Source: an uncultured virus (IMG/VR IMGVR_UViG_3300031760_003860)
Lineage: Duplodnaviria > Heunggongvirae > Uroviricota > Caudoviricetes
IMG/VR virus record: IMGVR_UViG_3300031760_003860
DNA length: 20,000 nucleotides
Direction: 5' to 3' (one strand)
Every line of letters begins with the position of its first letter. Within the stretch, counting starts at the first letter, position 1. The notes beneath the pieces were generated by a model. The model made no database searches. It had not been told where the DNA came from and worked only from the letters and a program-made list of their open reading frames with translations. Position numbers and translations under genes: made by a program. Shown piece after piece: positions 9,246-18,012 of this stretch.

Positions 9246-11519
9246 ATGAATTTCGAACAGATACAGAAGTATTTTAAACTTATATTAGATAGCTTAGTGA
9301 TAAAATACCAATCTGAAGCAGATTCAGAAGATACGATTGAATCTGTATTGGCTTTTGAAAAATATAAGATTGCAAAACTTAAGCAAGATACTATTTACTC
9401 ACATCCTACAATAGATTTAGAAGTTCTTCTGGATGCTGGGTTTAGCGAAAGTGAAGCTATCAAATATAGTAATGACCCAACGCAAATACCGCAAGAATAT
9501 CAAAGTCTCGTAATTGAATTAAATCGAGAGTTTATTATCGATTCATATGAAACGGATGGAACGTTTGATATGGAGACAAATAACTATTATCGTGTATTAA
9601 TGGGTCTTCCGCCAGTAACTGCAACAGAAGATGATTTTTTCTATACACCAGAAGATATTGCAGATATTTATGGTATAGATACAGATACTCCAATTCATTT
9701 GTTAAGTAAGTCAGAGATAAAATTATTGAAGAATTATGGGTTTATTGATGAACTTATTTCTGAAAATAAAGATGCTAAATATTTGAAGTTCTTAGGAAAT
9801 GAGTCTATAGATTTAATTACTGCTAGAGAAGCTAAGAATTTTATCTTATTGAAATGTATGACGGACTTACCGAGAACCTTATATGAATCTTTTATCGAGT
9901 CATATAGTAATGCGCGAGATTTCATTATGCAGATATACTATATAAAGGAGTTCAGAGATAAATATACGAATTTCGATAGATTCATTGCCGCCATTATTAC
10001 AACGACGGCATTATTTCGTATTATCGTAAAGTTATTTCATAATGTATTAGAGGCTGACTATTATGATATTAAATCTATCATTTCATTTTTCGATAGTTAT
10101 AATATACCATATGTCCAAGAATTGGAATTCGAATATCAAAAAATACTAGCAGCTAATCTTCGTTATTTGATTCGTATTAAAGCAGAGGATGAAGCATTAC
10201 GAGAAGTGGCTAAGTTATTAGGATTTACAGATTCTAAGATTATGCGTTATTATCTGGTAAAAGAGCATATAATGGATCAAAATGAAGAGCCTGTTTTTTA
10301 CTATAAGGATGTAACACATGAGGACGGAACTGTTACAAAGGAGTTAGATTATGAAAAGACATATGATGTTTATTTTCAGCAAATATCAATCGATGAGGAA
10401 AATCTTCAGATAGCTTTAGCTGATAAAAGTTCTAGAGTTTCTTATCAAGAAATGATAGCAGAAGATCCTTATTGGATTGATGATGATGCTATGCAAGAGC
10501 TACTTTACACATCAGAATATAATTATACCATGACCAAGTATATAGGTTTGAATGTTACATTCAAATTTACAGAAGTTCTTTTTGATTTATGCTATACTAC
10601 TAGCATGGTTTTCAATCTGAAGGATTATACTTCTAGAATCCTGCTAAATTTTGAAACGATAAGTTCAACCCCGATACCTTTATTTGATACATTTATCATG
10701 TTAATTTGTATTGTATGCAGACAAACTTCATTGAAAGGTAATCTACCTACGTCAGCTTCTAAAACATCAGCAGTAAGCGGATTCAATTTTAATGATATTC
10801 CGCAGATAAAAGAGCTAATATTAGATGCGAGAAATAATGGGGTAATAACAAATGAAGAGTATTATACAATGTTTTCTCTTATAGCAAATACGTATCCATT
10901 AACAGCAACTGATGTAAATGAGTTATATAAGAACATCAGAAAGATGCGTAATTTCATCAATGACCGTATGAAACACTATACTGGTAATATAAAAACATAT
11001 CGTTTCTATAAATCTTTGTACCGGACTATCATGTTTACAGAGGATATCAATTCTATGTATACTATGAGTAATGGGGAAGTCGCTAAGACATATTTTGAAT
11101 ATTTGGAAGATTTGAATCCTTCTCTATATAGTTACACTATGGAAATAGAAGAGGATGCCCTTTCTAGGCTTATCAACTATGTCACAAGTAAAATATCCAA
11201 GTATTTACCAAATGTGAAATATCTTTATATGGCAAATCAGGATAATAATGCGGAAGCTATAATACTTCGTAAGTTCTTGAATGTTTTCAAATCATATACA
11301 GTGGACCTCTCTACCATGAATATTACTTATTTATTAAATGATAAGAATGGCAACTTTATTCATTTATCGCAGGATATTCATAAAGAGAAAGAACTTCTGT
11401 TAAAAGAAGAATTGAACCGTGACCATAATCATGATGTAAAGATTGAAAAAGAACTTATGATAAAAGATAGAAAAGGATTCTTTAAAAAAGATGGGATTGT
11501 AAAATACATCATGGAATAG
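9246..11519 (+). CDS. Large putative virion structural (baseplate wedge-like) protein
   Basis: 757 aa, AAAGGAG RBS; ETNNYYRVLMGLPP and LIRIKA..AL..V..LLG segments resemble jumbo phage virion/baseplate proteins; function inferred. Confidence 0.55.
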   Translation: MNFEQIQKYFKLILDSLVIKYQSEADSEDTIESVLAFEKYKIAKLKQDTIYSHPTIDLEVLLDAGFSESEAIKYSNDPTQIPQEYQSLVIELNREFIIDSYETDGTFDMETNNYYRVLMGLPPVTATEDDFFYTPEDIADIYGIDTDTPIHLLSKSEIKLLKNYGFIDELISENKDAKYLKFLGNESIDLITAREAKNFILLKCMTDLPRTLYESFIESYSNARDFIMQIYYIKEFRDKYTNFDRFIAAIITTTALFRIIVKLFHNVLEADYYDIKSIISFFDSYNIPYVQELEFEYQKILAANLRYLIRIKAEDEALREVAKLLGFTDSKIMRYYLVKEHIMDQNEEPVFYYKDVTHEDGTVTKELDYEKTYDVYFQQISIDEENLQIALADKSSRVSYQEMIAEDPYWIDDDAMQELLYTSEYNYTMTKYIGLNVTFKFTEVLFDLCYTTSMVFNLKDYTSRILLNFETISSTPIPLFDTFIMLICIVCRQTSLKGNLPTSASKTSAVSGFNFNDIPQIKELILDARNNGVITNEEYYTMFSLIANTYPLTATDVNELYKNIRKMRNFINDRMKHYTGNIKTYRFYKSLYRTIMFTEDINSMYTMSNGEVAKTYFEYLEDLNPSLYSYTMEIEEDALSRLINYVTSKISKYLPNVKYLYMANQDNNAEAIILRKFLNVFKSYTVDLSTMNITYLLNDKNGNFIHLSQDIHKEKELLLKEELNRDHNHDVKIEKELMIKDRKGFFKKDGIVKYIME

Positions 11520-11535
11520 AAAGGAAGTGGTGTAG

Positions 11536-11622
11536 ATGAGCAAAGAAGAATTAGTTCTTTTTGATGGAGAATGTGAAGAACTAGACTTTATCCCACAGAT
11601 AGGTGTATTCCAGCACATTTAA
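11536..11622 (+). CDS. Possible 28-aa small protein (MSKEELVLFDGECEELDFIPQIGVFQHI)
   Basis: Short ORF below track cut-off with AAGGAAGTGG upstream. Confidence 0.35.
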   Translation: MSKEELVLFDGECEELDFIPQIGVFQHI

Positions 11623-11640
11623 TTATTACAAAAATAACGA

Positions 11641-11652
11641 AACATGAACCTA
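11641..11652 (+). promoter_or_regulatory. AACA-N6-TA putative late phage promoter
   Basis: AACA-tgaacc-TA about 36 nt before ATG 11688. Confidence 0.55.
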
Positions 11653-11687
11653 TAATAGATTCAGAAGAAAAGAAAGGATGATAAAAA

Positions 11688-12554
11688 ATGATTAAAGACA
11701 GATTAGTGCTTCGAGACGAAGTTAATAAATCGAAGAAACATCAAAAAACATTCCGTACCAAGATTCTTTATGGAAGAGACCCATATATTGACCCTAGAAA
11801 TGGAGTAACATATTTGGGAGAAGTATGGGATGAAGAAGAGAATGAAACAACGGTAGGAGGAGCGGTCTATGTATTTGAAAAATTATTCAATGATAGAGCT
11901 TCTTTTCAAATTCCTACATTGGCAACCCAATTAGGGATTGATACAGGATATGAAATTAATCCAAGCGACCCTGTTCCTGGAGAGCATTGTGTATGCTTAT
12001 TTTCTGTAGGAATTGGTGGAGCTGGTGATAGTTCTTTATCTACTTATGATACAGATTTTAAAGTAACCAAGTTAAATAATATTGTCCCATTCCGTTTTAC
12101 GGAACAAGCTTTAACAGAAGGTGAAAGAGAAAAGTATTATATGAAGAAAACGATTCCGGCGACAGAAAATGAACCGGAGCGTTATGCATATTATGCGAAA
12201 GAATTAGACAGTCATTCAATCAAAGTTCTTTGGGATGACGCAGAAGGAGAAGATGAAGATGGTTCAGAAGTAACAACTGGCGATTTAGATTCCGATAGTC
12301 CATTAGATATGATCCCTTTTGAGGAAATTGTACTTAAGTTATCTAAAAAAGATATCGTGGAGTACTTTAACTATATCGGAGAATCAGACATTAGTCGTGT
12401 AAATGAATTAGGATTGTACACAGGTATTAAGAAAGTGGTTAATGGAGTTACAGAATATCATAGTGTGAGACTTTTTGCTAAGAGTCATATCAATAATGAG
12501 ATGCTGAAATACTCTAACGGCTTAACCATTATCTATCGTATTTATTCGAACTAA
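11688..12554 (+). CDS. Putative virion baseplate/tail attachment protein
   Basis: 288 aa; FSVGIGG, VPFRF, NELGLY, RLFAK and terminal IIYRIY pattern typical of baseplate/tail-fibre attachment domains. Confidence 0.55.
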   Translation: MIKDRLVLRDEVNKSKKHQKTFRTKILYGRDPYIDPRNGVTYLGEVWDEEENETTVGGAVYVFEKLFNDRASFQIPTLATQLGIDTGYEINPSDPVPGEHCVCLFSVGIGGAGDSSLSTYDTDFKVTKLNNIVPFRFTEQALTEGEREKYYMKKTIPATENEPERYAYYAKELDSHSIKVLWDDAEGEDEDGSEVTTGDLDSDSPLDMIPFEEIVLKLSKKDIVEYFNYIGESDISRVNELGLYTGIKKVVNGVTEYHSVRLFAKSHINNEMLKYSNGLTIIYRIYSN

Positions 12555-12569
12555 GGAGGTTGATTATAA

Positions 12570-13341
12570 ATGGCAGTTTTATCGGAAGAAGTAAAGAAAG
12601 AGTTATTGGCTCTAAAAAGAGAAGATATTACAGCTGATTATATTCGAGACCTTTTTGCAGACCATGCAGAAGTAAAAGATGGTAAAATTATTGAGCATAA
12701 GAGTAGAGTAAATCCTTATGATACTGTGACTCTTAAAGCGGGAGAATATATCAATAAGACGACCATTAAAACTACTGCAGGAAGAATTATCTACAACAAG
12801 CTTCAAATAGAGCCACTACTTGAAGCTTTTGGAGATTTCTATAATGAAACTCTTACCGATGGGCAAGTTAAGAAAGAAGATAAAATAGTTGCAGATGCGT
12901 TATTAAATGATAAGATTACATCCGACCAGTATATTCAGTATCTTAATACACAACAATGGCTTGGATTGACATTTACATCTATCTTCTGCAGTTCCATCAC
13001 GCCAAATATTATTAGACCGAATAAAAAGGTTATCGAATTGCGAGATAAACTATATGAAGAGAATAAAGATGCAATTGCTGCTGGTAATGCAGTAGTGGCA
13101 ACACAGATTGAGAAGAAATGCGTAGAATTAGCCGAAAAAGAACTAGGCAATGATATTGGTACGTTATTATATAAGTCTGGTTCTAGAGGTTCTTTTGGAA
13201 ATAACTATAAAAATATTTCAATTACGGTTGGTCCCGTATTTAATTCAGGAACAGGTAATTTTGAGATTATGAAGAATAACTTTATGGAAGGTATTCGTAA
13301 AGAAGATATGGCGATTTCAGCTAATACAGTAATTGGAGGAG
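12570..13341 (+). CDS. Phage multisubunit RNA polymerase beta-prime C-terminal subunit, exon 1
   Basis: AAGGAGG RBS; TTAGRIIYN, KSGSRGS (SGARG), NNFMEGI motifs of beta-prime; frame runs into the intron after ANTVIGG. Junction uncertain by a few nt. Confidence 0.85.
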
Positions 13342-13828
13342 TGAATTAATTGATAAACACTCAGCGTATATGGTAACATGTGCGTTTCAAGAGGGTTAAT
13401 TGCAGGTAATGGGTTAAGAGCCTCTCACTAAAACGGAGTCTGAAAAGACACACGGCATAGTACGAAAGTAGAAAAAACGAGAGGATGAGTTATGGTGAAA
13501 TAAAAGCTCATATTATTATGGGTCCTAAGACTCGCGAACAAGCCCTGTTCATGCAGCGAAACGCCTAAGGTATGAAAATACTATGGCGAACGTTCAACGA
13601 CTATCTCCTGACGGGAGAGTAAAGCCGCAAGCTAATGGCGGAAGAAAAATCCTCGCCCTACTCGTAAGAGAGGGATGACAAATAGTCTACGCACTGGGTA
13701 ATGCCAGTGGATATCCTAGTGGTATCATATGCGGAGTTGCGTCCGTATAAATAACATATAAAAATAAACACTAATTAAAAGTGGGAGATTTTTCTCCGAA
13801 AATAAACCAACTTTAAAATTTATCGTAT

Positions 13829-14466
13829 ATGAATATATTCGATACAAATGATGATTTTATAGGATATAAAATCAAGTTGTACCCAGATAAGAGTCAAGAA
13901 AATTTAATCATAAATATACGGTGAATAATTTGAAGGGGAAGAGAGAAAATTCGACCTTAGTGGACGACACTAAAAGAAGCGAAATAAAATATACTAAAAA
14001 TGAAGAGAAAATATTGAAGAAATTGAATAAAGCATATAAGAGGACTATCAATAAGAAATTAGCGATTATTCATGATTATGCTTGTTCTATTATTCAAGAA
14101 AAACCTAAATCTATTATAATGGAAGATTTAGAAGTGAAAGATATGCTGTATAGTAAAAGTAAAGATATATCGTTTAGGCAGAGGAAAGCCCACAACAGGA
14201 TAATTTCTGAATCATTGTTATATGAAATTAGAAAAATAATACAGCAGAAAGCTATCAATAATAATATTCCATTTATATTAGCAGATAGAGAATTCCCTTC
14301 ATCACAATTATGTAGTTGCTGTGGCTATAGGCAGAAAATAGGAATAAAATCTATTTATAACTGCCCTGCATGTGGTTTAAGTATAGATAGAGATGAAAAT
14401 GCCGCATATAATTTAGCTAATATATCAAGAAAAGAATTTAACCAATACAACTATATAATTGCATAG
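13829..14466 (+). pseudogene. tnpB: TnpB (RNA-guided nuclease) with internal deletion and frameshift
   Basis: ATG 13829 encodes MNIFDTNDDFIGYKIKLYPDKSQENLI (TnpB N-terminal motif) and stops at 13924; another frame from about 13921 gives IIMEDL (RuvC-II), SSQLCSCCG..CPACG (Zn finger), IDRDENAAYN (RuvC-III). RuvC-I and the middle of the protein are absent. Confidence 0.88.
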
Positions 14467-14625
14467 TATAAATATATTTTTAGAAAAAAACTTTTAGTAG
14501 CCGATTTCCGTTATTGGTGTTTGCCTATTCATTACTTATTGGTATTTAAGCCATATAAGAAAAACCTCGACGCTGTCGTGTGTATTGGGTAGGAAGTTTA
14601 TATGTTATGCATATAAATACAACGG
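14467..14625 (+). ncRNA. Putative omegaRNA scaffold / transposon right end coinciding with the 3' splice site
   Basis: Non-coding 159 nt after tnpB stop with GGTATTTAAGCC (14541-14552), TAGGAAG (14590-14596), stem CGCTGT..TGTATT/AATACAACGGCG and terminal GG; position matches TnpB omegaRNA loci. Confidence 0.6.
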
Positions 14626-15065
14626 CGTACCCGAAAGCAATTGGTCAAAGAACCTTTGGTTACAAAACAAAACAGATTACAGCATTTATGCAGTCTGTTG
14701 TATATGCTGGTAAAGGAACCGATTGTGGCACAAAGTTAACTATTAAGATTAAGATTACCAATGAGAACAAGAAATTGCTCACGTACCGTTATATTAAAGA
14801 GAATGGCAAATTAGTTCTTTTAGATGAAAAGAATATCGATAAGTATATCGGTAAAGAGGTTAATATGCGTTCTGCCGTATATTGTGCACATCCTAAGGGA
14901 TTATGTAGCGTATGCTTAGGTACCATGTATGATAAACTTCAGATTGACAATATTGGTTTGACTGGAGCTAAGGTAAGTTCTACTATGTCAAATAAATCAA
15001 TGAAGAAGTTTCATGATGCAACAACGAAATTAAGCAGATTACATTTGGACGATTTAAGTTTATAG
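14626..15065 (+). CDS. RNA polymerase beta-prime C-terminal subunit, exon 2 (spliced product about 403 aa)
   Basis: Bridge-helix region KAIGQRTFGY, TDCGT, Zn site RSAVYC..GLCSVCLG, trigger loop SMKKFH. The track start at 14580 lies inside the intron. Confidence 0.88.
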
Positions 15066-15071
15066 TAAAAT

Positions 15072-15110
15072 AGATAGAGATAAGGTTTATATGATTATCT
15101 CTATCTTTTT
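15072..15110 (+). terminator. Intrinsic terminator
   Basis: AGATAGAGATAA...TTATCTCTATCT followed by a T run. Confidence 0.8.
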
Positions 15111-15162
15111 ATTTGCTCCTTAACTAATATATAAAATAAAAAACTGAAATGGAGGAATCGAT

Positions 15163-15327
15163 ATGGAATGTGTAACTAATCCGAATTGCGATTCATGTAA
15201 TGAATGTATGAAAGATGCACCATATCATTTTTGTTGTAGAGATGAATGTGGAGAGCATGAGTTCTGTAGAGGCTGTAAAACACGCGAAACATACTCTAAG
15301 AACGATGAGACTAATAAAGATTTATAA
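15163..15327 (+). CDS. 54-aa Cys-rich small protein (not in track)
   Basis: GGAGGA RBS; MECVTNPNCDSCNECMKDAPYHFCCRDECGEHEFCRGCKTRETYSKNDETNKDL, 9 Cys. Confidence 0.7.
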   Translation: MECVTNPNCDSCNECMKDAPYHFCCRDECGEHEFCRGCKTRETYSKNDETNKDL

Positions 15328-15348
15328 AGAATATGAGGTGAAGAAAGG

Positions 15349-15624
15349 ATGCTTAAGATATTTAAAGGCGTAGATGAGAAACTTGCAGAAATTGGATTTA
15401 TTAAGAAAGAAGAAAATAACTTTTTATGTGAGTATGAGCGTTTTAATAAAGTACATAATTTTGTCCATAGAGTTTCTATATCACGTAAAAAATCTGGAAA
15501 TCATATCTTACAGTCATATGACCCAGCATTGTTTGATACTGAAAAAATCGGTAATACCTGTGTTGGTCTTACTGAATATGAGATGAAGTTATTTCATAAG
15601 AAAATGAAGAAGTTGTTTAAATAA
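15349..15624 (+). CDS. Hypothetical phage protein (91 aa)
   Basis: GAGGTG RBS; operon context. Confidence 0.7.
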   Translation: MLKIFKGVDEKLAEIGFIKKEENNFLCEYERFNKVHNFVHRVSISRKKSGNHILQSYDPALFDTEKIGNTCVGLTEYEMKLFHKKMKKLFK

Positions 15625-15640
15625 AGAGAGGATTTTAATT

Positions 15641-16225
15641 ATGATTATATCAGGATACCAAGGAATTGGAAAAAGTTCATTAGCAGGTTATGAGCATAAT
15701 GGAAGTGTTGTTATCGATTTGGAAAGTAGTAGTTTTTGGGTTGATAATACCGATTACAAAGACGATTATAAACATGAGAAATATAGAGATGAGAAATGGT
15801 ACAAGGTGTATGTAAATATTGCCTGTCATTTAAGCAACCAAGGATTTGTTGTTTTCGTTTCTTCTCATGAAGAAGTTAGAAAAGAATTACGAGAAAGAAT
15901 GGATAAAGGCTTATGTAAAGCACTAGTTATCTGCCCATCTTTAAATTTAAAAGAAGAGTGGCTGGAAAAACTTGAGAGAAGGTATGAGAATAGAGATGAT
16001 AAGACTCATTCTATCAAAGATTTTAAAGCCTTTATGTATGCGAAAGAGAATTATGAAAAGAGTGTATCTTCATTAATTGAAGGAGATTTACCTTGCATTA
16101 TTATTAGAGATATGAAGTACTCTTTAAGAGAGATCATTTTTGAGCCTTTATGGAGAAATGAGTTCATCGAGTATAGACCAGCTTGGTCAAGAATTAAAGA
16201 ATTAAAGGGGATACGTTATGTGTGA
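15641..16225 (+). CDS. P-loop NTPase, nucleotide kinase-like
   Basis: N-terminal IIISGYQGIGKS Walker A, VIDLES. Confidence 0.75.
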   Translation: MIISGYQGIGKSSLAGYEHNGSVVIDLESSSFWVDNTDYKDDYKHEKYRDEKWYKVYVNIACHLSNQGFVVFVSSHEEVRKELRERMDKGLCKALVICPSLNLKEEWLEKLERRYENRDDKTHSIKDFKAFMYAKENYEKSVSSLIEGDLPCIIIRDMKYSLREIIFEPLWRNEFIEYRPAWSRIKELKGIRYV

Positions 16226-16436
16226 GAAAGAATGGAAAATAAAATTTCCTAAACAAATAAAATCTATATTAGAACTAAAGAATATGTCTCAACGAGAGTT
16301 GGCAAAGAGAATGAAAATAAGCGAGGTATCTGTTAGTAGATACCTCAATGGTGAAAGAATTCCAAAAGGAAATATTTTAATTTCTATGGCGAAAGCGTTA
16401 GAAATCTCTATAAGTGAGTTAATCGAATTCGATTAA
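16218..16436 (+). CDS. XRE/Cro-family helix-turn-helix regulator
   Basis: MSQRELAKRMKISEVSVSRYLNGERIP, LISMAKALEISISEL. Confidence 0.9.
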   Translation: MCEKEWKIKFPKQIKSILELKNMSQRELAKRMKISEVSVSRYLNGERIPKGNILISMAKALEISISELIEFD

Positions 16437-16495
16437 TATAGGCAGTTTATCGAGAAAATAGAAAATGATATAAATTAAATTGGAGATATTGTAGT

Positions 16496-16948
16496 ATGAT
16501 AAGTACAAAGAGATTAGAAGAATGTAAGCAAATTATAGAGAATAGTCAAGATCTTCCAAATCAGGCAGAGATTATAAAAGGATGTCTAATATCTTTGATC
16601 GAGGAATCCAAAGAGGATGATAAAATAGCTAATCAAAAAATGAAAGATTTTTATAATAAAGAAAAAGATATGACATTTATAGAAGCGATACCTGCTTTAG
16701 AAAGTGGAGAAAATGTGTCTCGTAAGGCATGGGCTAATAATGACACAAAGAAGACCTTTATCTGTAAAGCGAATGTGCAAAATTTTGGGGAAGAAGAGAT
16801 AGATACTATTTGCAAAGTAACCACAAGTCCCAATAACTTATTCCATAATTCAGTGGTATTAGACTGGCATGCTAGCTATAAAGATATTATAGCAGCAGAT
16901 TGGTATATTATCAAGGAGGAACAAAACATGGTTTCAAAAGAAATATAA
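16496..16948 (+). CDS. DUF2829 (Tad2-like) domain protein with N-terminal extension
   Basis: MTFIEAIPALESGENVSRKAW ... WHASYKDIIAADWYII matches the DUF2829 pattern M.F..Al..lk.G.kv.R..W / W.ps..D.lA.DW. Confidence 0.75.
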   Translation: MISTKRLEECKQIIENSQDLPNQAEIIKGCLISLIEESKEDDKIANQKMKDFYNKEKDMTFIEAIPALESGENVSRKAWANNDTKKTFICKANVQNFGEEEIDTICKVTTSPNNLFHNSVVLDWHASYKDIIAADWYIIKEEQNMVSKEI

Positions 16949-16951
16949 ATA

Positions 16952-17293
16952 TTGGTGGTAAGACCTTTAGATGTTGAAATAACAGAGGAATTAAAAGAAT
17001 TTAAAAAAGATTATCCATGTGATTTAGTAATCGATTTTTATACGTTAAATATAGAAGGTATTCGTGCAACTATAGATAACTCTAAAACTCGCAACTCTGG
17101 AGAGAACATACAAATTACATCTGGGTATCTAGACGAACCACATAAGCACTACAGATATACAACCCTTGTACCTGAAAGTAACGAAAAAGGTTTAACCGCT
17201 CCTTCAATTATTTCAAATAAAAGAGCTCATATAGATGGAGATTTTAAACCTTGTTCAACCTATTTTCAGCAAGAACCTATATGTGATAAATAG
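16952..17293 (+). CDS. Hypothetical protein (about 113 aa; start uncertain)
   Basis: ORF fills the gap within a co-oriented operon; weak RBS. Confidence 0.55.
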   Translation: MVVRPLDVEITEELKEFKKDYPCDLVIDFYTLNIEGIRATIDNSKTRNSGENIQITSGYLDEPHKHYRYTTLVPESNEKGLTAPSIISNKRAHIDGDFKPCSTYFQQEPICDK

Positions 17294-17311
17294 AGAAAAG
17301 GAGGTGAAGAC

Positions 17312-17602
17312 ATGAAGAAATCGTTTTTAATTTTACTTTTAGTGTTTTTTATACCAATGCTTAGTGGATGCCATGGGACGGTTTCCATCGATGAAGAGCC
17401 GATCAAATGCCCAGGAATGACAAACATTGAAGGTATGACCAATTTATATTATATGAACGACACATGTGTAGTATATATAATTATGTATGGGTATACTGGC
17501 GCCGGCAATTCTCGTGCGGGACATGGATATATGAGCCCATATATTTCAAAGAACGGGAAATTTTGTATTTACGAAGACGAAGAGTTAAAAGAAATAGAAT
17601 AA
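17312..17602 (+). CDS. Lipoprotein, DUF6440-like
   Basis: AGGAGG RBS; signal MKK-hydrophobic-LSGC lipobox; T.VVYI...MSPYISKNGK motif. Confidence 0.75.
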   Translation: MKKSFLILLLVFFIPMLSGCHGTVSIDEEPIKCPGMTNIEGMTNLYYMNDTCVVYIIMYGYTGAGNSRAGHGYMSPYISKNGKFCIYEDEELKEIE

Positions 17603-17611
17603 AACGAATAA

Positions 17612-17652
17612 AGGTATAGAGAATAAAGGAAATAACTTTATTCTCTATACCT
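17612..17652. terminator. Terminator between convergent operons
   Basis: AGGTATAGAGAATAAAG-gaaataa-CTTTATTCTCTATACCT perfect 17-bp stem. Confidence 0.85.
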
Positions 17653-17684
17653 GATATTTTGTTAAAAATAATCGATAAAATCTA

Positions 17685-17804
17685 TTACAATAATTTTCTT
17701 ACTTCTTCTCGCCATAGTGTAGGTACATCTTCTATTGTCCAAGGTTCATTCGTTTTCGGATTAATTATCTCGTTTTTAATCTTTTTAAGATAATAATTTA
17801 CCAT
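17685..17804 (-). CDS. CD1375/XkdX-like small tail-associated protein (39 aa, not in track)
   Basis: GGAGGTG RBS; MVNYYLKKIKNEIINPKTNEPWTIEDVPTLWREEVRKLL with TIEDVP..WREEV motif. Confidence 0.75.
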   Translation of the reverse strand: MVNYYLKKIKNEIINPKTNEPWTIEDVPTLWREEVRKLL

Positions 17805-17817
17805 AATACACACCTCC

Positions 17818-17994
17818 TTATTCGAGAGTCATAGCGGATACTAATTCTGCCAAATCTTGAATCGCGTTATCAACAGTATCGATATTAGCTACATTTTCGT
17901 CATGCTTATTAAGAAGAAATTCTTCCAACTTCCTTTCCATCTCAGTCATTCTCTTAGAAAGATTATTAATAGCCATAGCTGTTTCTTTATCCAT
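17818..17994 (-). CDS. 58-aa coiled-coil protein typical of tail-fibre cassettes (not in track)
   Basis: GGAGGTG RBS; MDKETAMAINNLSKRMTEMERKLEEFLLNKHDENVANIDTVDNAIQDLAELVSAMTLE. Confidence 0.7.
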   Translation of the reverse strand: MDKETAMAINNLSKRMTEMERKLEEFLLNKHDENVANIDTVDNAIQDLAELVSAMTLE

Positions 17995-18012
17995 ATAAAA
18001 ACACCTCCTAAA

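Larger units (their letters stand above)
13342..14625 (+). mobile_element. IStron-like element: group I intron + degenerate tnpB + IS607-like right end, no tnpA
   Basis: Core P3 GAGGGTT(13391)/AATCCTC(13648), P AATTGCAGGTAA, Q CCTGTTCATGCAGCG, R GTTCAACGACTA (13592), S ACAAATAGTCTA (13678), P9 hairpins (13692-13709, 13728-13749); then tnpB remnant; ends ACAACGG. Removing 1284 nt gives in-frame IGG-A-YPKA. Confidence 0.85.

Noticed and set aside
11370..11705. KEKELLLKE/IEKELMIKDR repeat and MIKDR at the start of the next gene
   Set aside because: Short low-complexity match, likely chance or a minor structural repeat.
13921..14466. Intact mini-TnpB nuclease
   Set aside because: RuvC-I is absent and the true N-terminus is in another frame upstream.
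14580..14625. Track start of the 161-aa ORF (MYWVGSLYVMHINTT)
   Set aside because: Lies in the intron right end, has no RBS; RNAP similarity starts at AYPK.
13341..14630. Group II intron (GTG start, TAC end)
   Set aside because: No domain V motif; clear group I P, Q, R, S elements are present.
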